A stretch of 64,000 bases of DNA from Oikopleura dioica (Eukaryota; Animalia; Chordata): assembly GCA_907165135.1 (NCBI GenBank), contig OU015567.1, positions 10,664,001 through 10,728,000 of the forward strand, written 5' to 3'. This document shows, piece after piece, positions 1-11,888 of this stretch. The position numbers and the translations under genes are program-made. A model generated the notes under the pieces. It was not told the origin of the DNA. It worked only from the letters and a program-made list of their open reading frames with translations, and did not search any database. How positions within the stretch are numbered: the first letter of the stretch is position 1; every line of letters begins with the position of its first letter.

Positions 1-13
1 GGAGATTTTTTGT

Positions 14-382
14 AATGGAAGACAAACAGAGTGTTAGAGATTTTATCCTGAACGGATTGAAGTTTTCCTTCTTTTGCATCGTCATGTCGCTTTTTGTAAT
101 CAATTTCTGTAAGTTATGATTCTGGTTTTTCTTTAGTTACTCCTTATTGCTAGATGTTACCGTCAACCTGTGCCAGATGTACAAGAAGCAAATAGAGATG
201 AACGAGATTTTCGTGACTTCAATCAACGAAATTGGAAACGGACTTGAAGGTGATTTGATAGGACTTTTCTTTTTACTCACATTTTCATCTCAGACCAAGC
301 AAAGCATCTGCTCAGCGTCAACGACGTCGTCGCCAACTTTGTCAGCAAGTACAGTTCAGCACTTCAAATCTTAGAATACTGA
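14..382 (+). CDS. Last exons of an unidentified gene (probably 5'-partial)
   Basis: GT..AG introns at about 109-153 and 250-293 join open frames reading ...YVTVNLCQMYKKQIEMNEIF...NGLEDQAKHLLSVNDVVANFVSKYSSALQILEY* (stop 380-382). No recognisable domain. Confidence 0.35.
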
Positions 383-1051
383 GTATTCCAATGGGCCATT
401 GGCATTGGCAATCCACTGCATTCTTGTTAGCCTAGCTTTTTCTCGAAATTAGACTGTTTGTTAATTATAATAAAGTCTTCAAATGATTGCTCGTGAACTG
501 GTTATAAAAATTAAGATTATTGACGCGAGAAAGCCTAGCCCGACGGAGTTATCGTTACAAGGCTCCTGCGCTTATTAATTTGCTCCTTGAGGAGAGATCT
601 AGAGTATGGAAGGGGTTCGCGCGAACGCAGAACCCCACTATCAGAAATTGTGACGGACACTCCACCGATTTGGCAAAGAGATACAGGTCAGCCGCGCCGG
701 TGTGCAATGGTACGGCCTCGCCATAAGGGAACCCCCTACGTGATCGAGGTTACCCTCCGCCCAGGTAAGTATGAGTTGCATGGCGCGCACTGAAAAATCC
801 ATTTCGACGAGCGCGCCGACTCGTTATGGTGCTTCGATCTTGGGCTTCTATCTCCGCGCGCGCCTCCGAGAGTCGTGGAAAACTTGATTTTTTGTCGTAA
901 GTTATTAATCCATTTTTCTGCATAGAACTTGATAAAATACGTTTGAATGTTCAGTAATTGTCTACTGAAATAATGGTAGAATATCCGTTTATTTTAAAAT
1001 GTATCTGTCAGAACTTCTTTCAATATATACATTTGTAAATAGATAGGAGCT

Positions 1052-3004
1052 TTACACCTCTGATCCGTGTAGTAAAGCGCGTAATCTGGCAATTTCGGCA
1101 TCTTTGTCAGCAAGTTGCTGGGCGTTTTCGCGCTCTTTCACGGCGAGCTGCTCTTTCAGAAGTTGGTTTTCTTTGTCGAGCTCGGATATAAGCGCGTTGC
1201 GCTCGTTTAGGAGCTTCTGGAAGTCAATAGGGTCTGATTGTCGGAAACAGTTTTCGAGGAGAATTCGTTGTGCTACAATTTAAGATGTGACAGTAGTTAG
1301 GCGCTCTAGAACTTACCAGTTGGACGCAAAAGTGGATCGTAATTTATCATTGCTTCGATCGTCTCAGTCACTCTACTGGCTTTTTCCTTCTCGCAGTAGA
1401 CTGCCAAATGAGGTTGAAAATCGAGAGGCAGTTTTTCTTTTTTCCTGATAAGTTCGAAATGGCGAATTCGGTCTCCTAGCTCGCCAAGAGGATAGAAGGC
1501 TTCGAAGATTACGAATCCGGCCGAGTAAATGTCTACCAGACAGTTGTAGTCCTTTTTGTAGCGTTGTTCTGGAGCGGCGTACTGAAGAGTGCCAATTCCG
1601 CTTGATAAGGCTCGATTGGGAATCGCTACAGTCATGTCACTAAAAATAAAAATCAGGAATCAGTCTTCAAGTCAATTTTACCTGTGGTCGACTTTAGGCG
1701 GGTCGGATTGCGTTGCCAGTCCGAAATCACAGATCTGCCAGAGCTTTCTACTGTCATTCCATAAAATGTTCTCTGGTTTGATGTCGCGATGAATACAGCC
1801 TTTTTGGTGCAAATACTCAATTCCTTGAATTATATGAGTGGCGATTTCGAACGACTCCATCACGTATGCTTCTGTCTTTTGGTGAGCCTCTTCATCGGAC
1901 AAGCTAGCGATATAATTCCCGGTGATGTACTGGTTTCTAAGACAACCTTGAAGCCAAGTAAAAGAGTTTCAATCGTACCTGTCGACAAGATATCGTCGTA
2001 AACTCAGTGTACAGAATTCCATTTGAATACAAAGCGTGTAACGAACTTCAATTTCAGAAGTGGTTCTATGAATTCCAGATGACAGCCTCGAAGACCTCAT
2101 TGAACTAGAAAATAATGTAAGTTTCAAAAAGATAGATTTTTTGACAAACTTGTATCCAAATTGAACAAGCTGTGCAGAATTCTCACTATCGGGAATACAC
2201 TCGACATAAGGACTAGCACTGTTGATCAAATTTTCTTCCGGGGAATCCTCCTCTTCGTCGTCATCAGACATTGTCGAAGCCCAACTATCTTCCCCTCCCC
2301 ATTCAATCGCGTTTCCCGAGTTCATGACCACGTCAAGATGATTCAAGCTTCTCATAGACACCTAAATGATATGAAAAAGAATGGACAGAATTGACAGTTT
2401 ACCTGTTGAAACCGATCAGTAAAAACATCTTCCTCTTTTGAATCCGAAGATAGCTCGACGATGTCGGGCTTTTTTTCGATTTCTTCTGTATCAACCCAAG
2501 AGGTTATGTATTTGACAACATTGGGGTGAGTGAAGGCCGATGCTAGGGTCACTTCTTTGCGCATTTTTGCAAAAGAACTGTCTTTTTGTGGACTCGAAAT
2601 TTATTCCTGTGAGAAACTCTCATATAAAAATTGCATGTGTCACAATTTCAGTCCGCCCCTAATGGATCAATCTCAATCTTCTTCACGGCAAAAATCTTTT
2701 CATCAAGCAAATGTCTGCATTTGTAAACCTTCCCGAAGCCACCTTTGCCCAGTTCACCAATAATTTCAAACTCATTGTTCAGCCGCTGTTTCGCACGAAA
2801 GCCACTTCTCAGCCCCGCCTGTGGAATGGTATTGTTTTGAAGAACTTTGGCCAATGCAGTTTGGAAGTACTTGTTGTCGTATGATAGCTTAATTGGTTGA
2901 AAGTCGATGTTCAGTTGAATGCAGTAGTTTTCGAGTTGTTTTAGGATTTCCTCTTCGTTTAGTGTTCCATTTTCAGGCACCTGATTAGGGGTTCCGTTTT
3001 GCAT
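1052..3004 (-). CDS. EIF2AK1: eIF2-alpha kinase, HRI/EIF2AK1-like (multi-exon)
   Basis: Exons encode [48 protein letters not shown], an acidic kinase insert, [23 protein letters not shown] and [14 protein letters not shown]-terminal coiled coil ends [16 protein letters not shown] (stop 1052-1054). The split kinase domain plus C-terminal coiled coil and no TM or RWD domain favour HRI. Confidence 0.8.
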
Positions 3005-3009
3005 TCAAA

Positions 3010-3440
3010 TCAATGGAAGTGCGAGAATCTATTTCGATAATATTGTATGTGAAGTAAAAAGACCCCTTCCTTGCAGTTGTTTCTGAGAAAATAAGCAATT
3101 ATCTTGTACAAGTGATCCTGCTTGTCACGGTCCGTTCTTCTGACAATTTCATTGCCCGCACTTTGCACCAGATCTCTCGCATTTGACTGAAAAAGTATCA
3201 TTTTGCTAGGAGCTTTGAAGATGAAGTAGTCTTTTGTGCTCCCAAATGTTTGAAGACTGCATTGAAAAAAAGGAAAAATGGAAGGAACACAAATATACCC
3301 GTAGGCGTGATATCGTTTATGTTTATTAGCATGATCGATTTTTGTAAACTTACGGAATTTTCACACTCATTACGGACGTATGGGCAAACCGCGAAGGGAT
3401 TTTCCTCGATGGGTGATTCAAAACGACCCCTCTTCGTCAT
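3010..3440 (-). CDS. Two short ORFs upstream of the kinase (small operon genes or uORFs)
   Basis: ORFs 3198-3440 and 3010-3201 overlap at AAAATGA. No recognisable domain. Confidence 0.25.
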
Positions 3441-3706
3441 AATTCGACGGTTTTAATCACTTCAAATCTTCTCTTTCGCATCTTCTCATCGATTCCCGAT
3501 CATTTTCGAAAATTCTAGACCAGATGAGTTTTCGAAATCAAGGAAGAGAATTTTTTAGAATATTCGAGAATATGCCAGAGCCAATTTTTGGCGATCGAAA
3601 CAGTTTCGAAGAGCGAAAGTAAAGTTGGGTATGTACAGTAGTAAAAGGCTTCAAAATTTTGTATAAGGTTATAAGATTAAGGTTGATGAATGAAGTGAAT
3701 AACAAG

Positions 3707-3904
3707 TTATACAAAGTATTGTTCTGCAGGTCGTTCTTCTGCCGATTTTCTTCGTGATCCTTTTTCCTCTGCTGATTTCCAGGGCTTTTTAGAAAAAATC
3801 TTTGGGAATTTCTTTTTGCAGCCAGGTGATTTTGAGTCAGACATCGACGCGTATTTCTTCAGGATTGGATTATCTGAAGGGGGTATTTGAGTCGCGTCGA
3901 CCAT
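3707..3904 (-). CDS. Small basic hypothetical protein
   Basis: 65-aa ATG-initiated ORF, Lys/Ser-rich, no homology recognised. Confidence 0.3.
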   Translation of the reverse strand: MVDATQIPPSDNPILKKYASMSDSKSPGCKKKFPKIFSKKPWKSAEEKGSRRKSAEERPAEQYFV

Positions 3905-4048
3905 TTCCCAGCTTTGAATGGGATTATAAATGTCAATTTTTAGAAAGCTAAAAGAAAGATCACCGATTGTGAGAGTGAAAGCTTTTCTATCGAGAAAAGA
4001 GACACTCTATAAAACATTATATTAATTGATTTCTACGTTATAATCGCT

Positions 4049-4485
4049 TCAAAACGCCTTACTATCTCCAGATGATGCTGGAGAGCCTTCGCTTCTACGA
4101 GTTGGTTTTGGAACGTCGGTTTCGCTAGGAGAACGAAGAATATTGCTGAGAATGTCAATTTCTTCACGAGAAGCGGCGTTAATTTTCAGAAGCTCATCAA
4201 GTGGCATTTCGTAGATATCAGCGTCTGATGATCATTTTAGAGATTATTCCTTATTTTTATGAACAACGTACCAACAGTTTCTCGTAGTCGCTTTAGCTTC
4301 TCTCTGTTTGTATTTATCTTACAATCGATGTCAGCGATTTCAGTCTCTTTCTGCGTAATTTGCACGTTTATACTCTCGTTCATAATTTTCATCGTGTTGA
4401 TAAAGTCCTGTTGTTCTCTGATTATCCTGTTTGTGCGCGCTGGATCTACACGATGCGCTTGACAACCACATGATTGCATCGACAT
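4049..4485 (-). CDS. Hypothetical coiled-coil protein (probably two exons)
   Basis: ORF 4237-4485 has a heptad pattern (QKETEIADIDCKINTNREKLKRL). A second open frame reads SDADIYEMPLDELLKINAASREEIDILSNIL...SKAF* to 4049. Confidence 0.45.
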
Positions 4486-4709
4486 TCTTATGAGAAAACT
4501 AACTAGAACTTGAATTTGAATATTTATGCAATAAAAAGCTTTTCTGAACCATGGGCATTAGAGTACGATTTCGGAAGAACTTAGATTTTTTGTGAAGAAA
4601 TTAATGCGTTATAAGTTGAATCAGAACATGTGAAATTGTTTATATAACTGTTCATAATGATTTCTATACATATTTACAAATAAATAAAGTTTTTGAACAG
4701 GGGGTCTTG

Positions 4710-7700
4710 TTATACAGGTGAAGAGAAACTGCCGTTCTTTTCGTTTTTAAATTCTTGGGAGTCGATCGTTGGCGCGGCTGTAGAAGAAGATTTTGATGCA
4801 TTATTGGTGCTGGAGCTGGCTGGAAATATGAGTCGATGGAGGGCAGATACGAGCGAACTGGAGGAAATTGAAGAGCCACTTTGGTCAACATGAGTCGAAT
4901 GTTCTGCGGGAGAAGAAGGAGGCGTATCAGTCTCACTCAGAATTTCTTCTGGAAAGAGCTGTTTGCAAAAATCGGTGTTTTCGTGATCTGAACAGCTTGT
5001 TGAACAAGCAAAAGGTGGTGATTACTTACCAAGTCTCAAGGGATTGTTCTTGACCACTGGGCTTTGATCAGGACTATTTGACGGGATTCTTGGACGGCCA
5101 GATGTTGGTGAACTTGATCTATGTTGGCAATAAAGAGCTTCAGATCCTATTGGGTCTGGACGTTTTGGAAACGAGAACTTGTGTCTTTCTGTAGGACTAT
5201 TTTGGTGTTTGATCTGAATATGAATTATTCAGAATTTAATTGCAAATCGATTGGTGGTTACCTCAGATACAGCAGCGTCAAGGTCAACTTGTGACATTTG
5301 CCTCCATTGAGCCATTACTGGACTGCCTTCCATCGTCTTTATTAGCTTGTATTTTTCTGGGCGTCGGGGTTTCTGATGATGGTAGCTTCGAAAAAACATT
5401 AAATAATCTGTAAAGCTGAGTATATTTACCTGTGAAAAGAGTCGTCATTGACCAAAGAGTCTTTATAAAGTTTCGATCTGTTTCGTCGTTCCTGGGCTCT
5501 TGCGGTCTCGGCTCTCCTCCGACTTGCTAATCTATTGAGCGCTTTGGCCAGATCACTTGACCCTGGCACTCCAGCTTTTCCGATAACTGGAGTGTTGAAC
5601 CCAGAGCTCATCATAGACGAATATGCTGACTTGACTGAAGTGAATGATGTTGAAAGCGCAGGACTTAATTTGTAAAGTGACTCTATTATGAGACGAAAAG
5701 CTACCTCAGAAGTCCAGAATCGATTGGAGGTTTAGGTGGAGTACAGATTGGATCGGGCAGCACTCTAGTTGGGGTCTCGTACGGACGTCCACAATGGACT
5801 TCAGCAAGAGAGTTGTGGGACATGTTATGCGTTAGGTTTTTAGTCTCCGCATCCAGTGCTAACAGCGTGGAACTTAGGAGTTCCAAGCCCGAATCGCCCA
5901 TTTTATTCTGATCATTACTCTCCGGCTCGAGCTTTTCTATATTCTTCTCTTTTTGTTTGGCTGATTTGCCGCCATCAGATGCTCCTTTAGGTGTCTTTCT
6001 TCCAGGAAGGGAAAATGGCGTTTGAATTTCCATTATTTCTTGTTGCAAATTTCTTTCATGGCAGTTGCACGCTTCGCTTGGGCTCCTCGATTCTTCCAAC
6101 AGTCTGACAGTCTCCAAATACTTTTGCTCTAGTTCATGGAACTCGGCGATGATCTGAGCTTGAGACCTTTGAGATTCTTCGAAGGCGTTTAGATTTTCTT
6201 CAGCTTCTTGTTCTTTCAGTTTTTTTAGTCGCTGAGCATCAACAAGTTGAGTCAAGAGCTTCGTGACTTGTTCTTGTTGTTCGAAACACTCGTTGGTTTT
6301 CTTTGTTAGTTCCTGTCTGAAGTACGCCAGTCGTTTGCTGTGGAAAAGAATAATGTTAGCACCCGTTTTCACCGCAACAGTAAATAAGAAAAATGTATGG
6401 TAGTCATCTATGATTTCAGTTTCTCATTAGCGGGATAAATCGATTTGTCAAATCAATCAATATTAGAGAAATCAAAGAGGAGTAATCCTTCTGGCTAATC
6501 ACCACTATATCTATTTTGTCTAATTGGATACCTGACACTGTCTAAATCTTTGACGGAGCCATCGACTAAATGGCAGTATTCCTCCTCTTTCGTTTCTAAT
6601 TTTCCGACAGTTTCATTGATGTCCTTTCTGAGCTCATTATTTTCGCGTTGCAGACGCTGTATTCTCTCTTCTAATTGATTGATGTGTTCTTGCACAGTAT
6701 AACCGCCTCGGAAAATCCTTCCAGAAATACTAGGGGTTGATTCACCGGAGCAAACGCCATCATCGAAGCCTTTTAGCAGCTCATCTTTTAGGTATATTGA
6801 ATGCTTGAGCTGAGAGTTCTGCTCGGTTGTATCATCAAGTGCTTCTTCGAGCTCATTTATCTTGACATAATATATTTTTCGCTTTTACGAAACGCATACC
6901 TGATCTACAAGCTGGCGATTTTTCTCGAGCAAGGTCTGGCCAATTCGTGCCGCAAGTTCCAAGTCTCTTTCTCTCTCTTCCAACAGGCTTTCCAATGCCT
7001 CAACGTCATAGAATGCTTGGGACATTGAAATGGTACGAAGCGAGGTATCCAAAAGGAACTGGAGCGTTGCTTTCGCCTTGAAAAATATAATTAAAAGAGG
7101 TTTAAATTGGGTTTCTGGAGTCCCCTGGGTAGACGTTTATCTGTAACTGAGGGTTGAGCCGCTACCCGAGGTGCTTGGATGGATGCCAAGGTTGATAAAA
7201 AAAGTCTGAACTGTCTGAAAGGGTTGAAGCCTCGGGCTGTTGGAAACTGACGTGCAATTTGCACAACACAGCTTAGGATCAATTGAGTTCAATAATATTT
7301 ATCAAGTTAATTTTGAAACAAGAAAATGCAAATTTACCTTACAAAATCGACTCAAAAAAGTCAAAAAATGCTTGCTCTATCTGTTTTTCTCTACTCTAGT
7401 GTGCTTGCTTTAAAAGATTCTACTAATCAAATTTGGTCGCTGAGAAGCAAACAAAAAAGAATAAAGACCATAAAGAAGCACGCTCAGCGCAATATTGGTG
7501 GTTGTGTCCGCAAGTTCAACGCTATTGGAAGAAACAGCTACCGGAGTGTGAATATTTTATGCAATTGCCCAAAGAAGGGATGCATATTTCATTAATTGGG
7601 AAGAAATGCTGGACGGTGGTTTGTTTTATAAATGTGTATTGAGAACGGTATATTAAGACAACATATAAATATTTGGGAAAAGAAATTGAGTTATAAATAT

Positions 7701-8350
7701 GACGCTCACATAATTCTGCCTCATTTTGGCCTAAAATGATTTTCCAGAGTATCAAAATGAATCTATTGTCGACTGCCCGTTTGAGCATCCGGACATAACG
7801 ACTAAAGTAATTCTACATTAGCATCACGAAACATAATATACTTTTGAAAATAAATGAAAAGAGAATCTATTTGTGTCTTTAAAATGTGTCAAATCATCAT
7901 TAACACACAAGTAATCTTTGTAAGTAAGCATTGGGCATATGTCAACTAGCGATGCGTTGAATATGACGCACACGGTCAGCACGATGCATGGAAATCGATG
8001 GTGGCAATTTACAGTTTTATTGATGCTATCCCCCTAGATCTACTTCTTAATTAAACCCAAGCCCCTCACTCTAAGAGAAGATTAGATTAGGTACATCCTT
8101 TATGAAATCATTTCGCATTTCCGTAAATAAAAATTGACATTGGAAGCTACACTAATCGACCAGAGCCATTGACACAACCAACTGCAATAATCAGTACCTG
8201 TTCCGGAGTAAGTGGGTCGTTATCGTGGTGCAAGTAGTTCCGTCTTGCCGGTTGAAAATGAAGAGTTGAAGTTTTTTTCTCGGAAAAAGCTCTAAGTTTG
8301 TATCTTTTCGGCTCTATATCAGTCGCTTCTTCGCCTTCCTCTGCCATCAC
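4710..8350 (-). CDS. TRAK: Trafficking kinesin-binding protein (TRAK1/2, Milton)
   Basis: HAP1_N motifs: YKLRA...LTPEQ spliced to AKATLQFLL...FYDVEALESLLEERKRDLELAARIGQTLLEKN, and ELTKKTNECFEQQEQVTKLLTQLVD. Milton-domain motifs: GVPGSSDLAKALNRLASRR and PEKYKLIKTMEGSPVMAQWRQM. First intron about 1.1 kb; stop 4710-4712. Confidence 0.88.
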
Positions 8351-9024
8351 GTGGACATTCCATAAAATCTACTCACTCTTCTGTACCCTTCTTATCTCTC
8401 CAAAATGCATTGAAAAAATATTACTAGTTAGTAATTTACAGATTGGTCAACAACAAACTCCAACAACAATCTCAGCTACGCCGGGTGCGATCTATTTCCC
8501 AGGAGGGATGATTGCATCCTTCGTTTTCCTAAAATTAGCGCCATCTAGAGTAGTGCAGACTTTTTCTCGCTTTTTCCCGTCATTGATTATATTATTTATG
8601 TACTGTACTCACTCTTGCGTAAGAGAATATACGGCTGCTGATAATTTTCGATGCGATTATATAAAAATCTGAGAGTATCCTCTGAAAGTTAAATAAAATT
8701 ACAGTCTTTAGTAAGGACTCCTTATATTAAAGTTAGTTGCTGATCAGCTGAGACAAAATTTCACCGTACGTAACATGTAAGTACTCAGCATTTCTACCGT
8801 CAATTATATCCTCTGAAGAACTTACTTGGGATGAACAGTAAGCCTAACACTGGAAAATCTTTACATAAGACCTTCAGGAAGATTCCTTCCTTCTTCGGTC
8901 GGTAAATTATCTATTCATCTACTCCCAATGGCAACAGTGCCTGGTCAGACTTGTACGTGATCCCCATCTCTTATTAAGGATATACCCGATAAAATTGAAC
9001 TTTCATAGCGTCGAAATGGGGCAC

Positions 9025-9302
9025 CGGGGACTCCCAGTACCAATTGGTACTGCCAGTACCAATTTGGTACTCCCAGTACCAATCTTGGCAAGGCAAAATT
9101 TTAGTCAGCAAAAAACGCCCGCTCCGCGGGTTCTGTGATAAGAAACTTACTGATTCGGACTGGATACACTTCTATTTACCCGCCTACTATTGTTCCGACT
9201 GAAATATTTCTTAAAAATATCACTCGAAAAGCCGAAATTGGTACTCCCAGTGCCAAAATTGGTACTGGCAGTACCAAAAAGCTTTGGTACTGCGAGTCCC
9301 CG
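9025..9302. repeat. Internal inverted repeat built from CAGTACCAA/TTGGTACTG motifs
   Basis: Left arm CGGGGACTCCCAGTACCAATTGGTACTGCCAGTACCAATTTGGTACT mirrors right arm TTGGTACTGGCAGTACCAAAAAGCTTTGGTACTGCGAGTCCCCG, with about 170 bp between them. Confidence 0.75.
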
Positions 9303-9680
9303 ACCCCCTCGAAATGCGACGTAGGATCATTTTTATTTCAAAAGCAATTCTACGTAAGAATGCACGTAGAACTCAGATTTGGTACTTATTTATATTTTCT
9401 CATTTGAATTTTTCTCTTTAGAGCGATTTCAAATCATACTCTCTCGATTACTCAAAATTTTTGGACTAAATCGGTCGAGATTTTTCGATAGATAAGTTCT
9501 TTAGACCTTTATCTACAATTTTGATGGTTTACTTTTCGTTAATTCCGAAGGAAACCGATTCTAGAGCCATTTCATTGAGGGCTACTCAGCGCGTAAAAGC
9601 TCTACAAAGCGGCGCGCTGGGAGCTCGCTCACTCGAGTCCTCTTTTCCGAGAGAAAGTGCGTGGTTGAGCGCACGGCTCT

Positions 9681-9731
9681 GATTGGTAGCACGCGAAAAA
9701 ACCCGCAGAGAAGAAAAACAAGGGTATAAAA
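9681..9731 (+). promoter_or_regulatory. CCAAT (GATTGG) plus TATA box inside the TIR element
   Basis: GATTGG at 9681-9686 and TATAAAA at 9725-9731 at the end of a GC-rich patch (about 9590-9710). Confidence 0.3.
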
Positions 9732-10034
9732 GAAGAGAACACTAGAATGAAAATTCGATCGAGTTTAAGAATTTGATCCCATAAATTTTGTAGCTTAGCA
9801 TCATTACAATACAGAATACGGTTCAGTTTTAGCGATTTAGTGGAAAAATTTCGAGAAATCGAGAGAGTTCGTTTTCAAATCGCTATAGAGAGGAAAATTC
9901 TTATGAAAATTTCTAAAAAAGTACCAGAATTTAATTTAACGCACAATTTTAAGTAGGATTGCTTTTGAAATAAAAATGATCCGACTTCGTATTTAGGCGC
10001 TATGAAAGTTCAATTTTATCGGGTATATCCTTAA

Positions 10035-10566
10035 CCGCATGGGACAGAAGGTGCATTCCACTGTCATTTAAGACTTTGAAGGTCAATATCTCAAAGACTA
10101 CAAATCCAATTGAGCTAAAAATTAAAATAGGATTTCCTATGCCATTTGTCGCCCTAAATTCTGAATTTCGAGAAATTATCGCTCACCAGCTGAGCTCAAC
10201 ACCGGATTAAGTACAGCGCTTTATCCCTCCCGCCGAGTGTTTACACAGGGGAACCGAACCAAATGTAGGATTTTTGTGATTTTGGAAGGGTTTTCATATG
10301 TTTTTGATCATGGAGATTTCGAATATAAGGTTTACTTTGCTTAAAAAGCATCGAAAAAATATTTTTTTGGAATCAGGCCTAGACTAATTTCTATTTTTTA
10401 TCAATAATAAAATTTTCTACGCTATTTTTGCCAACAGATTTGAAATCTACGGCCCAGAATTAGTATTGACTGAAATTTTCAAGTCGATCCGACCAGTAGT
10501 TTTCTTAAGTGCAGTCGAATGCACCTTTTGTCCCAGCGCCTCTATCCCCCGATCTGGCCCATGCGG
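10035..10566. mobile_element. Non-autonomous piggyBac-like element (TTAA, CC..GG termini, asymmetric spacer)
   Basis: TTAA|CCGCATGGG at the left and CCCATGCGG|TTAA at the right (TTAA 10567-10570). The inner inverted repeat ACAGAAGGTGCATTCCACTG / ACAAAAGGTGCATTCGACTG abuts the left TIR but is separated by 26 nt at the right end. Confidence 0.8.
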
Positions 10567-11057
10567 TTAAAAGCCCGTGCGCAAAGTTAGAGCCTCTCCT
10601 GATCTTCAGCGAAGATTGATTTGTTCCCAACTGAGTCTGAAAAAGTAACAATCGAATTATTAAATATTCACTTATTCATGAGGCAAGATTGAAAGATGCT
10701 TCAATCACGTTCTGACTTTTTACGAGGTCAACAAGGACGTCGATCAATTGAAATTCGTTCAAATGATGAAATCGCGATTCGAAAGTAAAAGTAGTAAAAC
10801 TAATAATAAATAAAAAATATGTATCGAAGCAATTTTTAGGAATCTCTAAAGGCAGGCCAAATCTGGCGAAAAGGAATCGGAAATTCGGAATAATAAATGA
10901 AGGCACAAGCGGTGGGTGAATTTGAAAGACAGCAGACGGTATCACCCGCTGAAATGATAACAAAGGAAGATGATTGGTACAAAACTTCACAGCAAAATAA
11001 ATGAAACTTTAGCTTTCTGGGGAAAAATAATGAAGAAACATAAGCACTCAAAACACA

Positions 11058-11756
11058 TTAAATACAGACATTAGGCATGCAGCCTTTGGGGCCAATTTCG
11101 AACTCGACTGTGTTTTTCTGAAATAGCTCTCTTAATTTTTCCGTCGATTGAGATCGATGATACTTACATGGAAGATAATCTCTTCATACTTGATCAGCTG
11201 CTTCCAAAATCCGATATTTGGATTCACGCACGATCTCTTGCTTCGGACAAGCTCAAACGCCCGCCTTAGCGGCATTCCCCAATACTAATTAGAAACTTAG
11301 TCAATTACCTTACTTTTGCGTGTGGGCTTAACGCTTCTACTGTAATGCTAGTTACCTTCATTAGAAATGCGAGAATTACAGATGTTGATCTTGAAACTCC
11401 CATATTGCAGTGAACCAAAACTGCACCTCCAATTTTTAGCTCTTCGTTGATGACTCTTGTTATTGTATCAAAAGCGTTCTTTATAGGTTCTGATGGACGA
11501 TCCCTGTAGTTGACTGTAAGGAGGTCGCTTTCGCTCGGAAGGCTTGGAATCAAGTCCGTGATAAACGACCCAACCTGACTCTACAGAGCTTGATGTCCCG
11601 TCTTCTTTCAGTCCAGTCAGCATTTGGCAAATTATGCGTGCAATTGACAATGCACGAAATTTTGTATTTCTCTGCATTCATCTCGTTGCACGCTGCATTT
11701 CCCGAAGAGAGATACAATCCTGGAATTATTTCGTTGTATCCATACAGATAAGCCAT
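11058..11756 (-). CDS. Atypical dual-specificity phosphatase (DUSP14/18/21-like)
   Basis: YNEIIPGLYLSSG...SCIVNCT, intact catalytic loop VHCNMGVSRSTSVILAFLMK spliced to YWGMPLRRAFELVRSKRSCVNPNIGFWKQLIKYE. The ATG is preceded by tttcag. Confidence 0.85.
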
Positions 11757-11888
11757 TTTATCTGAAATTTCAGCGATCAAAGACGATAATTTTATAAAAA
11801 TAGGTAAACAGCTGGGAAATTGAAGATGGAAAAGTTAGTTCGCACAAAATGAAGAAATTTCAATACATAGTTAGCATCACACAAAGAC

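Larger units (their letters stand above)
8978..10030. mobile_element. Non-autonomous TIR element, TTAA target, GG..CC termini (Kolobok-like MITE)
   Basis: 33-bp perfect TIR GGATATACCCGATAAAATTGAACTTTCATAGCG at 8978 and its reverse complement ending at 10030. TTAA on both sides (8974-8977, 10031-10034). No transposase ORF. Confidence 0.85.

Noticed and set aside
612-637. Small hairpin GGGGTTCGCGCGAACGCAGAACCCC in a GC-rich patch
   Set aside because: Too short, and no tRNA, snRNA or ribozyme core could be completed around it.
9025-9302. CAGTACCAA repeats as a CRISPR-like array
   Set aside because: Units are arranged as inverted repeats without unique spacers, inside a TIR element in eukaryotic DNA, with no cas genes.
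10570-11051. ORFs next to the stacked MITEs as a TE-interrupted gene
   Set aside because: Removing the elements does not restore an open frame across the TTAA, and no domain is recognisable.
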